Assembly: GCA_030704615.1 (NCBI GenBank)
Contig: CM060733.1
Location: 23,126,001 to 23,190,000, forward strand
Direction: 5' to 3'
DNA length: 64,000 bases
From: Takakia lepidozioides
Taxonomy: Eukaryota; Plantae; Bryophyta
A model generated the notes under the pieces. The model saw only the letters and a list, made by a program, of their open reading frames with translations, had not been told where the DNA came from and did not search any database. Shown in pieces: positions 41,113-54,900 of the stretch. The position numbers and the translations under genes were made by a program. How positions within the stretch are numbered: the stretch's first letter is position 1; each line of letters begins with the position of its first letter.

Positions 41113-42231
41113 GTGCTAAACCCTCTTTGGGAGCCATACTCAATTTCTCAATAACATCAAAGTTACAGTAATAACTTTTTCAAGCTGTCTTTCAGGAAAG
41201 GCAGCGGTGGATCTTCAGGAGATACAGTCATTTCTGGCGAGTCTGTTTTCGACAGCCCCTTTCCAATTTTCTGCTTCCTGTTTATGCCGAAGCAATGGCA
41301 CTTCACGCGGCCGAGTTTCTATCCCCTGACTTTTTAGTGGCCAGCCGTAGGTGTATCCAGCGTGGATCCGGTGTTCTAAAATACATAGATTTAGATGCAG
41401 AGGAAGCGGGGATACATTGTACTGACTCTGAGTCAGACTGAACTGTATTCTTTTAATATTCATTTTCATACTATCTGGAAAACGTTGAATCCCCTTCCTC
41501 CACCGTAGTTGTTCCTTTAGAACAAATAATAATCACAGAATCAACTTTCATTTAAATTGCAATATGTATGAATCCATCTCACAAACCTCCCTAACTCTTC
41601 TCATATCCATTGTGCATTCATCTACAGTGTATTCATGCGTGTTCCATTCATGAATTTTTTCCTTTGTTCAACATCCATTGTACATTCATCCTCTGTACTC
41701 TTTAATCCACCCCACAAACCTTCCACACTCATTTCATATACGTTGTGCATTCGTCAAAAGTTTTGGTCATGCATCTTTCTGTCATGAATTTTTGTCATTG
41801 CTCAACATCCATTATACATTCATCCATTTTACTCTTATCCATCCCTCATTCATCCATCTACATTCATTTTTCACACTCATCCATCTGTTTATCATCCAAC
41901 TGTACATTCATCCATCCTTTATTCAATGCCTTTTATTATGTCGTCCAGCTTGTTTCCGCGGTAAAGGGTGCCAATCCGCGGGAATACACTCCACTTCTTT
42001 CTGGGCGCGTGGTGACGCGGCCTTCACGTGTGATGACGTGGAGTGAGCCCCGTGACGTGGCATTTGCGCAAGGTGACGCGGCGTGAACGCAGTTGCACTC
42101 ACGTGACCAGGCTCACGCCGAGGCATCCCTGGTCCAGGGGACACCAATAACCCGGGGATAGAGGTACCAGGGGTACCCATGGGTATAAAGGGAGTCTAGG
42201 GTATCACGGAGGGGTTGGATCCGAGCCCGGG

Positions 42232-43003
42232 GAAGTCACTCCCTATCACTTGTATAGGGCACGTGAGATAAATGGGTATTTTGTTGGGGGGTATTACTTT
42301 TACTGTGGGTATTTTTTAGTACCCTATAATTACATAATTTTGTAATATGGTGAATTTTTGGCATGCTATTTTAATTATAATTTTTTGTTTCAAACAAATA
42401 TTAGACATCCTATATTAATAATACAATAAAATAATTTTTTTACAAGACAAATAAATTTATTATTTGGTTGAAATAAAGCATTTGCATCATCAGCATTCAA
42501 AGTATAAACGTTTTGCGCTCTATCGAAAGTCATAGTGACTGAACTAATAATTGAGTCTACATCTACTCACGTATTGTCGGTATGATCATATTTGAATTTA
42601 AATTGTCCTCCAGATTTTGAGAAGTTTAATAATACCATAACTGGTGTGGTTGGTCTATTTAGGAGATCAATAGGCTATCACGATATCCCCCACCCGCTCC
42701 CCTGTCTTCCTTCTCATTTTTTGAATCCTACCTAGCCACCATTTTACCAGTAAGGTATATCTATATCATTCCCCTAAGAACATGTATATATTTTTGGAAT
42801 TTTTCATAGGTATTATCTCAATCCTATAGTAATTTTTATTTTAAATGAATCATTATTTTAGACCATATATTAATTTAAATTCTCGGATCACAATATAATG
42901 TACCCTTTATTACTTTTAAATATTTTCTAATTTTTATTTTTTCTGAATAAATTGCACCCTATATTGTTTTGCATGTCGGTTGGAATTTTTTGGAAGTGAC
43001 TTC
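42232..43003. mobile_element. AT-rich MITE inserted at a CCCGGG site in the LINE
   Basis: Perfect 15-bp inverted repeat cccggggaagtcact (42226-40) / agtgacttccccggg (42995-43009); removal restores the LINE C-terminal frame; exact TIR/TSD split ambiguous. Confidence 0.7.
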
Positions 43004-44535
43004 CCCGGGGATTCGAGTTGTCGTTTATTTGTAATGATAGCTGTGAATGCCTCTCATTTTACAATAATAGGGTCATGAACGCAAGCGTGCGAGAAGGACG
43101 GTGGGCCCGTCGTCCGGACAAAGGGCGCCCCCCCACCCGCGCCCACCCGCCCGCCGCGGCTGCCCCTCCCGGGGTCCGTCCGCTCCCTCTAGTCCGCGTG
43201 TCCGCCCGCCCGCAAGATCTGGGCCATCCAGGACGAATCCCATCGCAACCCTCCAATTTAGGGCCTTATCTCGCCATTGCCATCAAGATGTCGTTCTTTG
43301 TTGTACGCAACTGCGGTGCGTGCGAGCGGTAGTCGTTGCCTGGTGTTCGTGTCTTTGTGTTTTCGAAACATTTTGTCATGATGTGGAAAGGCAGGAGAGG
43401 AGTCGGAGCCCTACAGCCACCATCGTGCATATGCTTCCACTATTTTCGTCATTTCTTTGTTGCTGGCGGAGCCATTTTTGCAATTTCATTGTACGTTTTG
43501 CCCACTTGGTTTGGCCTCTGTCCGGTCATTGCAAAATGGCCAATGTGTTGTTAGGGTTTATTCCAATGGGCGGACCGAATCGGGTTCGACAGCCAATACT
43601 TGTCGGCCTGGATACCCATATGTCTGTTGCTTCATTAGTCTTGCTTCGTTGGTGTGGTAATCGGACCTCTTCGGGAGGCTGTGTCCTCACATCGGCCTGG
43701 AATATGTTCGCGAGTCTGTTGCGATGTTAGTATGTCCTGACAACGGTCTTGCGGCGTCTGTGTACGCTGGTCTGTTGTGAAAAACTGTGAAACCATGGTG
43801 CCGGGTCGAAAATTTGGCTGTACACCCTTCCGTCTGCCAGTCTGTTGTCTTGCCAGTCTTTTCAGCTAGTTTGTTGTCTCTGTCGCACCATCAGTCTAGT
43901 CTGCCTGCAGCTTGTTATAGAGGGCGACAGAACAATGACCATGTTGACCTGCCAGTCTGTCGACCTACTAGTTTGTCTGTTTTGTATAGTCTGTTTCGTC
44001 GGCAGCCTGTTGCAGTCGGGTGGACCTGCTTAGTGGATTACGTGTTGGTATGCTCAAATCGGTCTGCTGATTCTAGTCTGCTTGACTCTGTCTGCTATTC
44101 ACTCGGTCTGTTGTGCACTGGGTAGACCTAGTAAATGCAACGGCGGCGGTGGCGGCGTCAATCATGGTGCGCCACGTCGTGCCGTGGGTGTACTGTATTT
44201 CCGCTTCCGGGTCAGCTTGAACTTCAACTTCGTCTTCCCGCCGGTGCTGTGGTCTGCTTTTATGTCAACGTCTGTCTTCCTTGCACAGACTTCTTTCCGC
44301 GCGCAGATTTGGAGAGTCATCTTAGACCCCAATAGTCTCCAAGACCGTTGCTCCCGTAGCCCGTTGCGTTCCTCGTCTTCTGCTGTGTACTTGTCGTTTT
44401 GGTTCTCGCTTCTCTGTCTATCCTCGTATGTAGTGCTCGTTCTCGCCGATTCTCGCACTTTCTGTTTTCCTCCATTCTTTGCACTTCTCCCTTTTTGTTG
44501 GGCCCTCTGCCTTTCTCTATTGTGTTGTATAGGCG

Positions 44536-47500
44536 ATGGAGGAAGCCTGTGCGAAGGGCGGACCCGATTGGATCGACTTTGTGCACGTCACGCGTTTGAA
44601 GAAGCTGCGAAGATATTGGTACTCCCCATAGGAGTACGATTGCAAAATAGTGGAAGCATGTATTGATCTCCGTGTAGCCAAGGAGGAGAACCTAGAATGG
44701 AAGAAGGATAGGCTCAGGTGTCCTTTCTGTGAGGAAGCCATAAATGACAAAATCCAGTTGAACCGACATTGTGTGGACATAGATTGCAAGAGCAACATTC
44801 CACCGAATTTCAAGTCGTGGCCCATACTGGTATCGCACAAAGCTAAAGATGAGGCTGTTTTCAATAGCCGCGGCGCAAACCCAATTCCGCGAAGTACAGA
44901 GGAATTGCGCCAATGGTACTGGTGGGCTGCTGGAAGGATGCAACTAGGCAGTCTGGAGGAAGTGCCTGTGCCTCCCCGCAAGCAAAAACTCAGTGATGGG
45001 GCAAAAAAAAAAGCGGGAGCGAAAGCGGCAAGGTCTGCTCGCGATGCAAACCTGTCAGTCCTGCAGGGGGGTCCATCCGAAGCGCGTCAGGCAGGCTCTG
45101 CTCGGGATGCAAGCATTGTGGGCCTACATGGGAGTCCGCCCGATGCGCGCCGGACCAGAAGGTCCCGGCAGACTATACCCATCAGTTCCTCCAGTGAGTC
45201 TGAGTCTGCCGATGTTCTGCCCCGCCGGTCTGCCGAGCATACCGACAACATCATCCAAAATAATGACTTCGAAGGGCAAGGTCCACTGTCCAGTGCAGTG
45301 GATATTGCCTTATCTGAGAGGACAAACTTAGACATGTTCATAGACAGTCTCGACGACAACACCTCTCTTGCCCACACTGCCCAGGAGACCCAGCAGCCTA
45401 GTCTGCGGGTTGGGCAGACCGAAGATATGGGACCTGAAAAGACCACCCACAAGTCTGCTGGTCCAGCCTGCCCGGGAATGTTGCACCTACTTTGGTTTGG
45501 CGTTCTCCCACCAGTGTGCCCACCCCAAGACGATCCGTAGTTCTTCCCTTTTTTCTTCAGATATGTGCAGACATGACGGATAAACATCAAGTATTCGGGA
45601 AGCCAAAGAAAAGTGGTTGAATGCCATGTGTGATGGCAAAGCGGGCAACATACTTGACGAGGTAATGCTATCAAACCATTCCTGCAATTTTCTGCATTTT
45701 TTTGGGACTACTGTCGATTAGTCTGCTGAACTTCAGCAGACTATGCACGTCCATAGTTCGGTCTCTTAGTTATTCTGCCCCAGTCTCTGGAGTCTGCTAA
45801 AGGCAGTGGTCTGCTCATTGCCATGGTCTGCTGAGTCTTGTGGTCTGCTCATAGATCTTAGAGCTCCGAATGCCCAATGGATCATGTGTGTTTTGCTGCA
45901 TAGCAGCCAGCTCCCGTATGAACCGACTTGTGGTGAAGCCGACAGACCTATTTCTTGTGTTGTCGCGTAGTCTGCTCATCTGTGGAAGACTTCAGCAGAC
46001 TGTATACGTCCATAATTAGGTCTTCTGAAATGTTTTGGTCTGTTAAAGTCCAGATTGTCTGCTAAGGTATGAGTGTCTGCTAAATATCATGGTCTGCTGA
46101 GTATTGTGGTCTGCTGAATGTGGATTGTGGGCTGCTGATGGTCTGTTGATTGTCTACTGAGTGTCATTAAATTCAGTCAGTCCAATGGATCCGGTCTGTC
46201 CGATGAAGCTCATTTGTCTTTTGCTGCACATCACACTGCTCAGTCTATTCGCAAAGCCATATCAACTTGGTGGACGCCACGTCAGGAACCTCCTTTGCAA
46301 GTGCGTGAGGTGTGGCTTGAAGTGCAGCGGGTTTGCGAATACATTTTGATGAAATACCCCGGTTCAGCAGCCGCCATAGACGAACTTGACACGGAGTCGG
46401 CAGGTCCAGCAGACCGCTGACTTCATCACTCCTCAGGAGACCACAACAAACCATGACAGACCTCAAGAGACCCCAGCAGACCTCATCACACCAAACCACA
46501 GTGAAGCACACGCCAACAATCATGAGCAGGACTCCTCGCACCTGGGCAGACGGAACCACGCCTCAGTAGACCTCATACCTGTGACTGGGCCAATTGGACA
46601 GGGTGAAGACTATGCCCATTTCCCCTCCACTGTGGGCATTTTTGGGGTGTGGAGATTGCCGTTACCGGTGGCGCCAAAGAACGCAGAGGATCCTACACTT
46701 CCCCGCTTCAGGATTGGTGACACAAGTGCCCATGTGGACTGGTACAGTGACCTGCACCACATTGTAACGGGCTAGAGGTGGCCCTTTGTCCCTTATCTCT
46801 ATTCCATGGAGTATACTACGGAAGAAGCCAACCATGTTCTGGAACAAGCAGGGAAAGTTGTTGTTTCTTCTTTGAGTGAAGGAAATGAACCGCCACTCCT
46901 TGTTCAGCTCCTCCTTATGGATGACCCTCGCTCGGAGGAGGTGCGGCATATGGCTATGGCACACCCAACGTTCGGTGTCTGCAAGAAGCACTTGTCCGCA
47001 GTGATTGCGGTCCACTTCGACCGGATGGCATCCTCGTTCCTGCAGCATCGGTGGATGCAGTTTGGAAATTTCACATCATACAAGAAGTTGCTGAAGACTT
47101 GCCCACTCTTCGGCAAGACTTCCTACATGGATCACAGGCAGGAGAGTCTGTTACAGATGGATCACAAGCACGAGAGTCTGTTGTAGATGAGGCTATGTTG
47201 TGGTTCTCATATGTAATGGAGCGTGTTGTGTTTGACATTGTCTTGCTCAAACCAGACGTGTTCAGAGTATTGTGGTTTGGCTCGCCGCATCACGACCGCA
47301 GTTCTGCGCTTGCCCACCTTGATTCCGCACTGCTGGACCGCCAAATTAAGGACATCGGACTCGTTGGGAATCTGCTGGAAGGTACTCGCGCGGTGCTCTG
47401 TCTCATTCACTGCTCCCCCCCCCCCCCGCCAATCCTCCACCGCATTTGTTTATATCGTTTTTTGTGTTCCATGCAGGGCGGATAGCGGGACCTGGAAATC

Positions 47501-50500
47501 GCATGCTGAGTGCTTTCGACTCCCTTGCCAGGGCTGCTAGAGAGGTTGTCCTGGCTGTGCAGGGCCAAGAAAACCAGGGGACTTTCCGTAAGGCTGGCCA
47601 GGTCCGGCAGGCTGGGGGGAGGTCTCAGGGGACTGCCAGGGATTTTCAGCGGACTGGTATGCAGACTCAGCAGACTAGTTTGGGGTCTCAGCAAACTGGT
47701 ATGGAAATTGAGCAGACAAGATATGTCATGGAGCAGACTGCCTTGGGAAATCAGCAAACTACCGTGGAGTCTCGAGACGTCTGTGACCAAGAGACTCGCA
47801 AACAAACTGAACAGAAGACTCAGGATGACACTGAAAAGGACACTCCCATTGCGAACCAGCATTGCCAGAAGACTCAGAAGACCTCACAGCAGACCTCAGT
47901 GGAGTCTGCTGAACATTACCCTCCATAGACTGTCCTCCACGACTTGCCCACAACATTTGTTACTGAGTCTGTTATAACGGGACATTGGCACATTCAACGG
48001 TCTGACCAACAGTGGATGTCTGAGCATTTGACCCAATTGAAATAGACATCATCTGCCCAACCCAACTTCTTAATGTCTGCCAACTCTTTGTCAACGGTGC
48101 CAGAAACAACTTTCCCCCGCCGGATAAGTTCACCCACACACTTAGGCCCACACGATGTAACTATGACCTCGGTAAATCCTCAGTATCCATCATCCCGTAT
48201 GACTTTTGAGCTTAGCCCTGTCTTTGTTCGTTCATTGGCGAGAGTCATCGATGAATTTGAAGTGAGCGAACCGACTTGTAGAGCAGTAAACCGCATCATA
48301 GACCTTACAGCAGAATCCGATGAGGGAATTCAAGCCAACCCGACCCTACATGTCTCTGATTGCACCCTTCTCATCGCTTTCAACCCCGAGTCTGTTCTGT
48401 CAGCAGACCCTCAAAACTTACTTGATGGTGAAATTGATAGTCTGTTGGTGCGCCTACAAGACCAGAACCACCGTATGGCAGAGCAGGACACGCAGCAGAC
48501 TGACAAAACTGCCAATGGGAGTGCACAGACGACCAGAGAGGAGACTACCCTGGACACTGTAGAGTACACTGCCCAGGAGACTAACCGGGATAAAGGGCAG
48601 GAGACTGTCCAGCAAACTGCACGGGGAGTTGTCCAGCAGACTAGGCAGGAGACTGCCGTGGGTGCAGATGACATTGTTCCGGAGTCTGCCAACGACATTG
48701 CCCCGGAGACTGCAAATGACTCCCACGCCCAACAGAGTATCCGCAAGACTGCCCATGAGTCTGCTCCTACGTCTGAGAATCCCTTCCACCAGACTCCACA
48801 ATACTCTGCCCAAGAGACTACACACAAGTCTGCTCAGACGAGTTCACAAGACTTTGGTCAGCAGACAGCACATGACTCCGCCGAGGTGACTACCCTGCTT
48901 AGAGAGTCTGCCTGGATGCAGCAGACTCTGCCCACCCGACTGCACATGAGTCTGCCAGGTGACTGCAGCAGCAGACCCTGCCCACCAGACTGCGCATGAG
49001 AGGTGACTGCAGCAGCAGACCCGTCCCACCAGACTGCGCATGAGTCTGCCCAGGAGACTGCAGAAGCAGGCCCTGCCCACCGGACTGCGCATGAGTCTGT
49101 CCGGGTGACTTTAGCAGACACACCCCAACAAACTGCAGCAGACCCTCTCCAGCAGACTGAACAAATGACTGCACTTGAGTTTTCCAAGGAGACTTCTTCA
49201 AAGTATGTCCAGCAGATTGCTATATAGCCCGCCCAGGAGAGTTTCAATGAGGCGACAGTTGAGGACGTCCGCAAGCAAACTTTGTCTTTGCCATCTCCGT
49301 CTCCTCTTGCTCCTGCCAATGTTGGGTCAACAACAAAGATAGGCGGTCTGCTCACACCGCCCGATTCTCGTGTTAGTTCAACGCATGTCATTCGTGAGGC
49401 TGCGAGGACTGGACCAGCAAGTGTCAACAAATCGACTGACACTCTTCTGCTGCGCAGCAGAGGTGCAATATTGCGGCAGTCTGGGCAAGTCGTCCCAGGC
49501 ATTGCGGTAGAGAACACCTCCGTCTGAGCAGAAAGAGGAAAAGCCCAAAAACGTCCGGTCATAGAGGCGGTCAAGGAGACTGGAGAGGGTCATGTTCAAA
49601 AGAGACCAGCCAGGAAAGGCAAGTCAGATGTGTTTATGAACAAGGACCGCCGATTGTGTTTGGACATGGACAAGGAGGTGGCAAAGTTACTGGCGTCGAA
49701 GAAGTAAGTCATATGTGTCTATTGCTCGGTCGTGTTTTTTTAAAGTTGCCTTTGCAGGTATGTATTTTCTAGCAGTCTACTGGCTTCTTGTTTGCAATCT
49801 TGTAAGGCCTGTACTCGGTCTGCTGTGACTGTGCCCCACAGTTGTGTTTGTCGACTTTGTCGAATGTCAGGTCTGTTGTTCGGTCTGATGTGACAATGCA
49901 GTCCACTGTCCGAATATCCACTGTCCGATTGTCGGGTCTATTGGTCGGTCTGCTAAGAGTCTCCCTTGACTTTGGTTTCTGGACTTTCTGGTAATTAAGT
50001 TCCCCTCATCGGTCTGCTAAGACTGTGCAGCAGACTGATGTTTTTGGACATTGTGGAATGAGTGATGTCTTGGTGGGGTCTATTGTATGTGCAGGATTGG
50101 AAGTCGTTTCCGGCAATTGATGTCCATACATGTAGCTGCTAGAAATAGCATGGTGTATTTTTTCGAAGGAGACTCACGGTTCCGATGTGGCATTGCGCCG
50201 GAAGACATGAAAGCACTGAACGTGGTTGAGTCGGAGTGCTCGGACAGACTTTTGGATGTCTGGTGTCGTTTTTTCGAGCACACCCTAGACTCGAGGACGT
50301 ATGGACTGTCGCTCTTTTGCCAACGTCGACGTGGTCTGTTTTCCAAACTTTCGACATAGCCCCACGCGAAACTTTGGTGGCAAACCTTGATGGTGCCTTG
50401 ACTCCTGCGCGACTTGGCAAAGACATTAAAGACTGCACTCATATATTGGTGCCGGTCTTGCAAGGGTAAGGCCCGACGGACTTGTTGCACATTTTGCTGT

Positions 50501-51171
50501 CTGCTGAATATTGGGTCTTCTGTGTGTGTTCGACCTCATGGTCTGTTCGACTGTCGTGTGAGTTGGACGTCATGGTCTGTTGGACTCCTGCACTCTTGGA
50601 CTGTTGGTCTGCTGGACTGTTAGTCTGTTGCATCTGTTGGAGTGCTGTGTGTGTTGGGCAGTTGGCCATTTGGACAGCCGAGTATGTTTGTCTGTTGGTC
50701 TGCAGAGTCTGTTGGGTTTGGGACTAATGAAATTGTCGGGCATGTTCATTTTTACATTGAAGGTGCCACTGGAGTGTCATTATCATCGACCTAAGGAAAG
50801 GCGCCTACACCCACTTGAACTCCCGGAGGGAAATGCATACTTGCGTACAGCTCCTTGGTTGGATTCGGAAGGTGCATGTAGGGTGCTTTGGATATGCTGT
50901 TGGGACTCCACGATGGGATGAAGTAATGGCATTTTAGTTCAACTCTCCCGAAGTGCCCCAACAACCTTTCAGTTGGGAGTGTGGATTTTACGTGATGTCT
51001 TTCATTGAAGGGTATTACGACTGGCTGAAAGGCGATAGGCAGAAAACCAAAGAGAGAGGACAAGCCTTCACACCAAGATGGTTTAATTTCAGGTTTCCGT
51101 TACTGCAACGATTGCAGTGTGTAAAGTATATCCGCCGTGGTTTGGACGATGCAGAAAAACTGCTCCCTTGA
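44536..51171 (+). pseudogene. MULE-2 accessory gene: N-terminal Cys/His finger-like motif, Q/T-rich low-complexity middle, C-terminal Ulp1-like (C48) protease; contains stops
   Basis: CPFCEE...RHCVDIDC; THILVPVLQG|CHWSVIII (His); VPQQPFSWECGFYVMSFI (Gln/Cys). Confidence 0.72.
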
Positions 51172-51969
51172 GGAAATAAATATATACATTCAATGTTGTT
51201 TCAATTCACATTCTGAATGTATGTAATATTTTCTGAGATGAAGGCCTACAAATACTCATACTGTTCCCACCTATGCAAGTTCGTCAAAAGAAGTCGTACA
51301 ATGGCCGAACAATACAGTCCAGTAGACAACCACCCCACGTCCTCACTTGGGCAGACTACTTGGTTCTACTATTAACTACTGTTAGCAGACTACAGTAGTC
51401 TCCGTTTGTTTGACCATTCTGCCGCGCAGTCTGCTGGCCGCTAAGCAGTCTGCTGGCTAGTCTGTTGCATGCTGAGAAGTCTGTCGCACAGTCTGCTGGC
51501 CGCTCATCAGTCTGCTCGGCAGAGTGTGTGGCACTTTGATGCATAGTGTATATGTGTGCAGTTGGGCTCCGTGACTGGGCGAGTACGCTCTGTGGGAGCA
51601 TTTCGATGGACAGTGCAGAAGACCACACAGTCAGTCCATACTGTATGTCTGCTAGACCACCCAGTCTGTTAGCCAAAAACAATCAGCAGACTTGGCAGTG
51701 TTATTCTGTACTTGTGTAGTCTGCTTAGTAGTCTGTTTCGCCATTTCCGCGGTCTGTTGAGCAGAATGCCCAATCTTCCGCAACTGGACGGTGGGGTGCT
51801 CTGAGCTCTGATGGAATGCACTTCCAGGCTGTTAATGATGCAAACATGTATGTACTCTCTTGTGGACCTTTTATTTCTCTGCATGGAAGATGATGGCATA
51901 ACATTGTTTTGCTGTGTGAGTATGTTGTCTACTTGGGTCCCGCCCAACGGTCTGAAACCTTAACAATTT

Positions 51970-54900
51970 TAGAGTATATTTTCGTTGCAGGTGTTGGGGC
52001 ATACACCCTATTGCGCGTTCTCCGCAAGACTCTGGGTCGGGTTTTCCATGCTTCGACGAAATCCCTCTTCCTTTTCAGAGACAATCATTATTGTCATCAA
52101 CAGGTCGGAAAGGTTTTGCTACACGAGGATGTAGCATCCCAGTAGCACTTTTGGCCAGGATATCAATAAGCTGCCCTCTACAGATTCGAAGGCACGACAA
52201 CATATGTGTCTCAAGGTACTTGTCATCATCCACAATACGAAGTATATCTGACCATTCTTCGGCCATACTCAGTGGGACGTAGACGGGTTCCTCGAGGGGT
52301 GCAAAGTCACAATCCTCCACAGGTCTGTCCATCGCACCAACCTCCCCTGCGACAGTCGTTTTATCCAACATCAGATTATGCAATCCTCCATGTATGGTTC
52401 CGAGCGTCGTGCCACATGCACGCACTATGAGTCCATCCTGCAAGTCGAGATGAAGCAACTTCAGCACTTTCACTTGGTGTTTGCACAAATTGCCTTTCAT
52501 TGCCCATGGGCAAGTGCAAGAAGCCCAATCCGATCCAGGGTTGTAAACAATGTAGGTTGTGTCTGGGTGATTGCTGCTTAGCACATACGCTGGTTGTCTT
52601 TCCACCAAGGGTAGAGTCACATTGCTCGCTGGAATGTCCCTGGCCGCTAGCACAGAGCTAGATATGTACTTTTCATGTTTGTCATTGCGTATGAACCCAT
52701 GCGTCTTCAAATGAATTACGTACCAATAGTGTGTGAGCACACGGCCCGTGAGTTCCCATATTAGCCAATCAACTCTTCGACCAGTCATTTTGTCTTTCCC
52801 CATCCTTAGTCTAGCCTTCAAGTTTCCATGGTATGCCTCAATGCTAGCAATTGTGTCTTGACTAGCATGTGGAACATGACGAGCAGCAGTACACCACATT
52901 GCTATTTTAGGAAACCGTTCCTTGTCGATGTACTTTAAAAATTCCCGGGCATTCCGATATTTCTTTCTCATGTCCCTGATTGTTTTGGCAACCCATAGAA
53001 GCGGTTTTTTGGGATTGCTTGGTCCACCTCTACAATACATGAGGTCTCCCATATCCTTCAACACGTTTGCTGCTGTGACGGGATCTTTGGTCTTCTGGCA
53101 TGATTGATTTACCCATGCCTTGCGTACATGCCAAAGGCACAGGGAAATGAGGACTCTTTTGAAAGCAACCCTGCACATAACACATCCACATGAGGCACTT
53201 CAGAGGGAACTCCTGTCAGTGGACACCATCCGAGTGCTGGAGACCTCCAACAGACTTCACACCAACCCCTAAACGGACTTGGTGGTAAGACACTGCCTGC
53301 GAGTGTGGCGGGCTGACTTCCCCTCCCAAGTCTGCTAGCAGACCCATGAAGCGTGCCAGCAGACTCGGCCCTACGAGTCTTGTGGCGGACGCCGCCTGGC
53401 GAGTCTGCCAGCGGACTCGGCCCGTTCAGTGTACCAACGGACTTGCCCACACAAGTCTGTCAGCGGAGTTGGTCCGTTGACTGCAAGCGGACTCGCCCAC
53501 ACGAGTGTGCATCGGACTCTCTGAGTCGAGTCTGCCAGGGTACTGGCGCAGGCGTGTGTGCCAGCCGAGTAGCCCAAAGCAGACTCTACACCAATCCCTA
53601 CACGAACTTGGTCGCAAGACACTGCCTACGGGTCTGGCGGGCCGACTTCCCCTCCCAAGTCTGCCAGCAGACCCATAAAGGGTGCCAGCAAACTCGCCCA
53701 TGCGAGTCTTCTGGCGGACTCGGCCGGGCAAGTCTACCATCGACTTGGTCGGGCGAGTCGGGCTTACCCACGCGACTTGGTCCGAGTCCAGTCTGCCAGC
53801 AGACTCGCGCATGCGAGTCTCTCAGGGAACTATCGCACGCGACTCTGCCACAGACTCTACCAAAACACACTATGACGACAGTTGCATGCCAGAGGACTTT
53901 GACAGTGGGTGTCTGTTGAGGTATGGAAGACTCACCTTATAACGTTGATTTCAGCATCCGCATCATCAACAATGAAAGCATTGGGTCGCCAGGTCGGCAT
54001 ATCTGCGTGGAGTCGGTCACGCAAGGCTGTCATCCACGGCACCAGGTCTGTTGTCCTATTCCTGGCGGATATGATGTACGCAACTGGTATATCGTTCAGC
54101 CACTCGTCAAAAACCATCAACGTGTACAATGAGAACTGTTCAGATGCACTATGTCACTATGTCAGTTGGTTCCAATGTGCAACATCCTACGAACAATTGA
54201 TTTGCAGAAATGGTAAGAGGGATGAATCGTACCTTGTGGTGATTGTCCCGAGGGTTGCATCGCATGCAACGATACGCGCATGTCCCAATTGAAGCATTCT
54301 CTGCTTCTGCCACTCAGTTTGAATGCCAATAATGAATGTCAAATCTCCATCGTAATGCTTGAAGGTTAGTGCCAATGTTTCTTCTCAATAGAAGAAGACT
54401 GATGCGAGGTTCAGGTCTTTCCACATGCAGACGTTGTCGGCATCGTTGGCATGCTCAGCCAGGTTGCGGACATCTTGCCCGAGGAGGAAATCATCACGTG
54501 TCCATGCATCTCCCAAACTTGTGTTGTTCATGACATGCTCCTTGTGTTCCATCATGATTTGTGTGACCGTGAGGCCTCGGCACAAACACTCAACGACCCA
54601 GGCTTTCAATTCCTTTCCTGAACTTTGCGGTCTTGCCATGGGAGGGTTTCCCTAGGGCATCCACGTGCTCCATGTTGTTGTAGTATGTGAGGACACAAAT
54701 GTCCGGGGCAAGATAAGATTGCTGCACTTTGAAACAACAAAGGCACTCGCGCTTGCACGACTCTCCGTAGTCCGACTTCTTCCTTCTTGGGCCTTTATGC
54801 GGGTGTTTAGTGCCAGCACCCACATCCGGACCTCCATGCTTTTGTTTTGGATCCTTGACAGTTGCATTGACCGTGTGCTTGTCGTCGGGTCCGTAGCAGC

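Larger units (their letters stand above)
30650..42131. mobile_element. MULE-1: Mutator-like element (11.5 kb) with short degenerate TIRs and gcgtgagc/tgacgtgg subterminal repeats
   Basis: 9-bp TSD gttcagggg (30641-49) / gtccagggg (42132-40); ends caacgacgcaatggcgtgagc ... gctcacgccgaggcatccctg; encodes a MULE transposase and a second gene. Confidence 0.8.

Noticed and set aside
43018-44666. Several long GC-rich ORFs in and after the MULE-2 TIR
   Set aside because: Likely artefacts of GC-rich TIR/UTR sequence; no motifs
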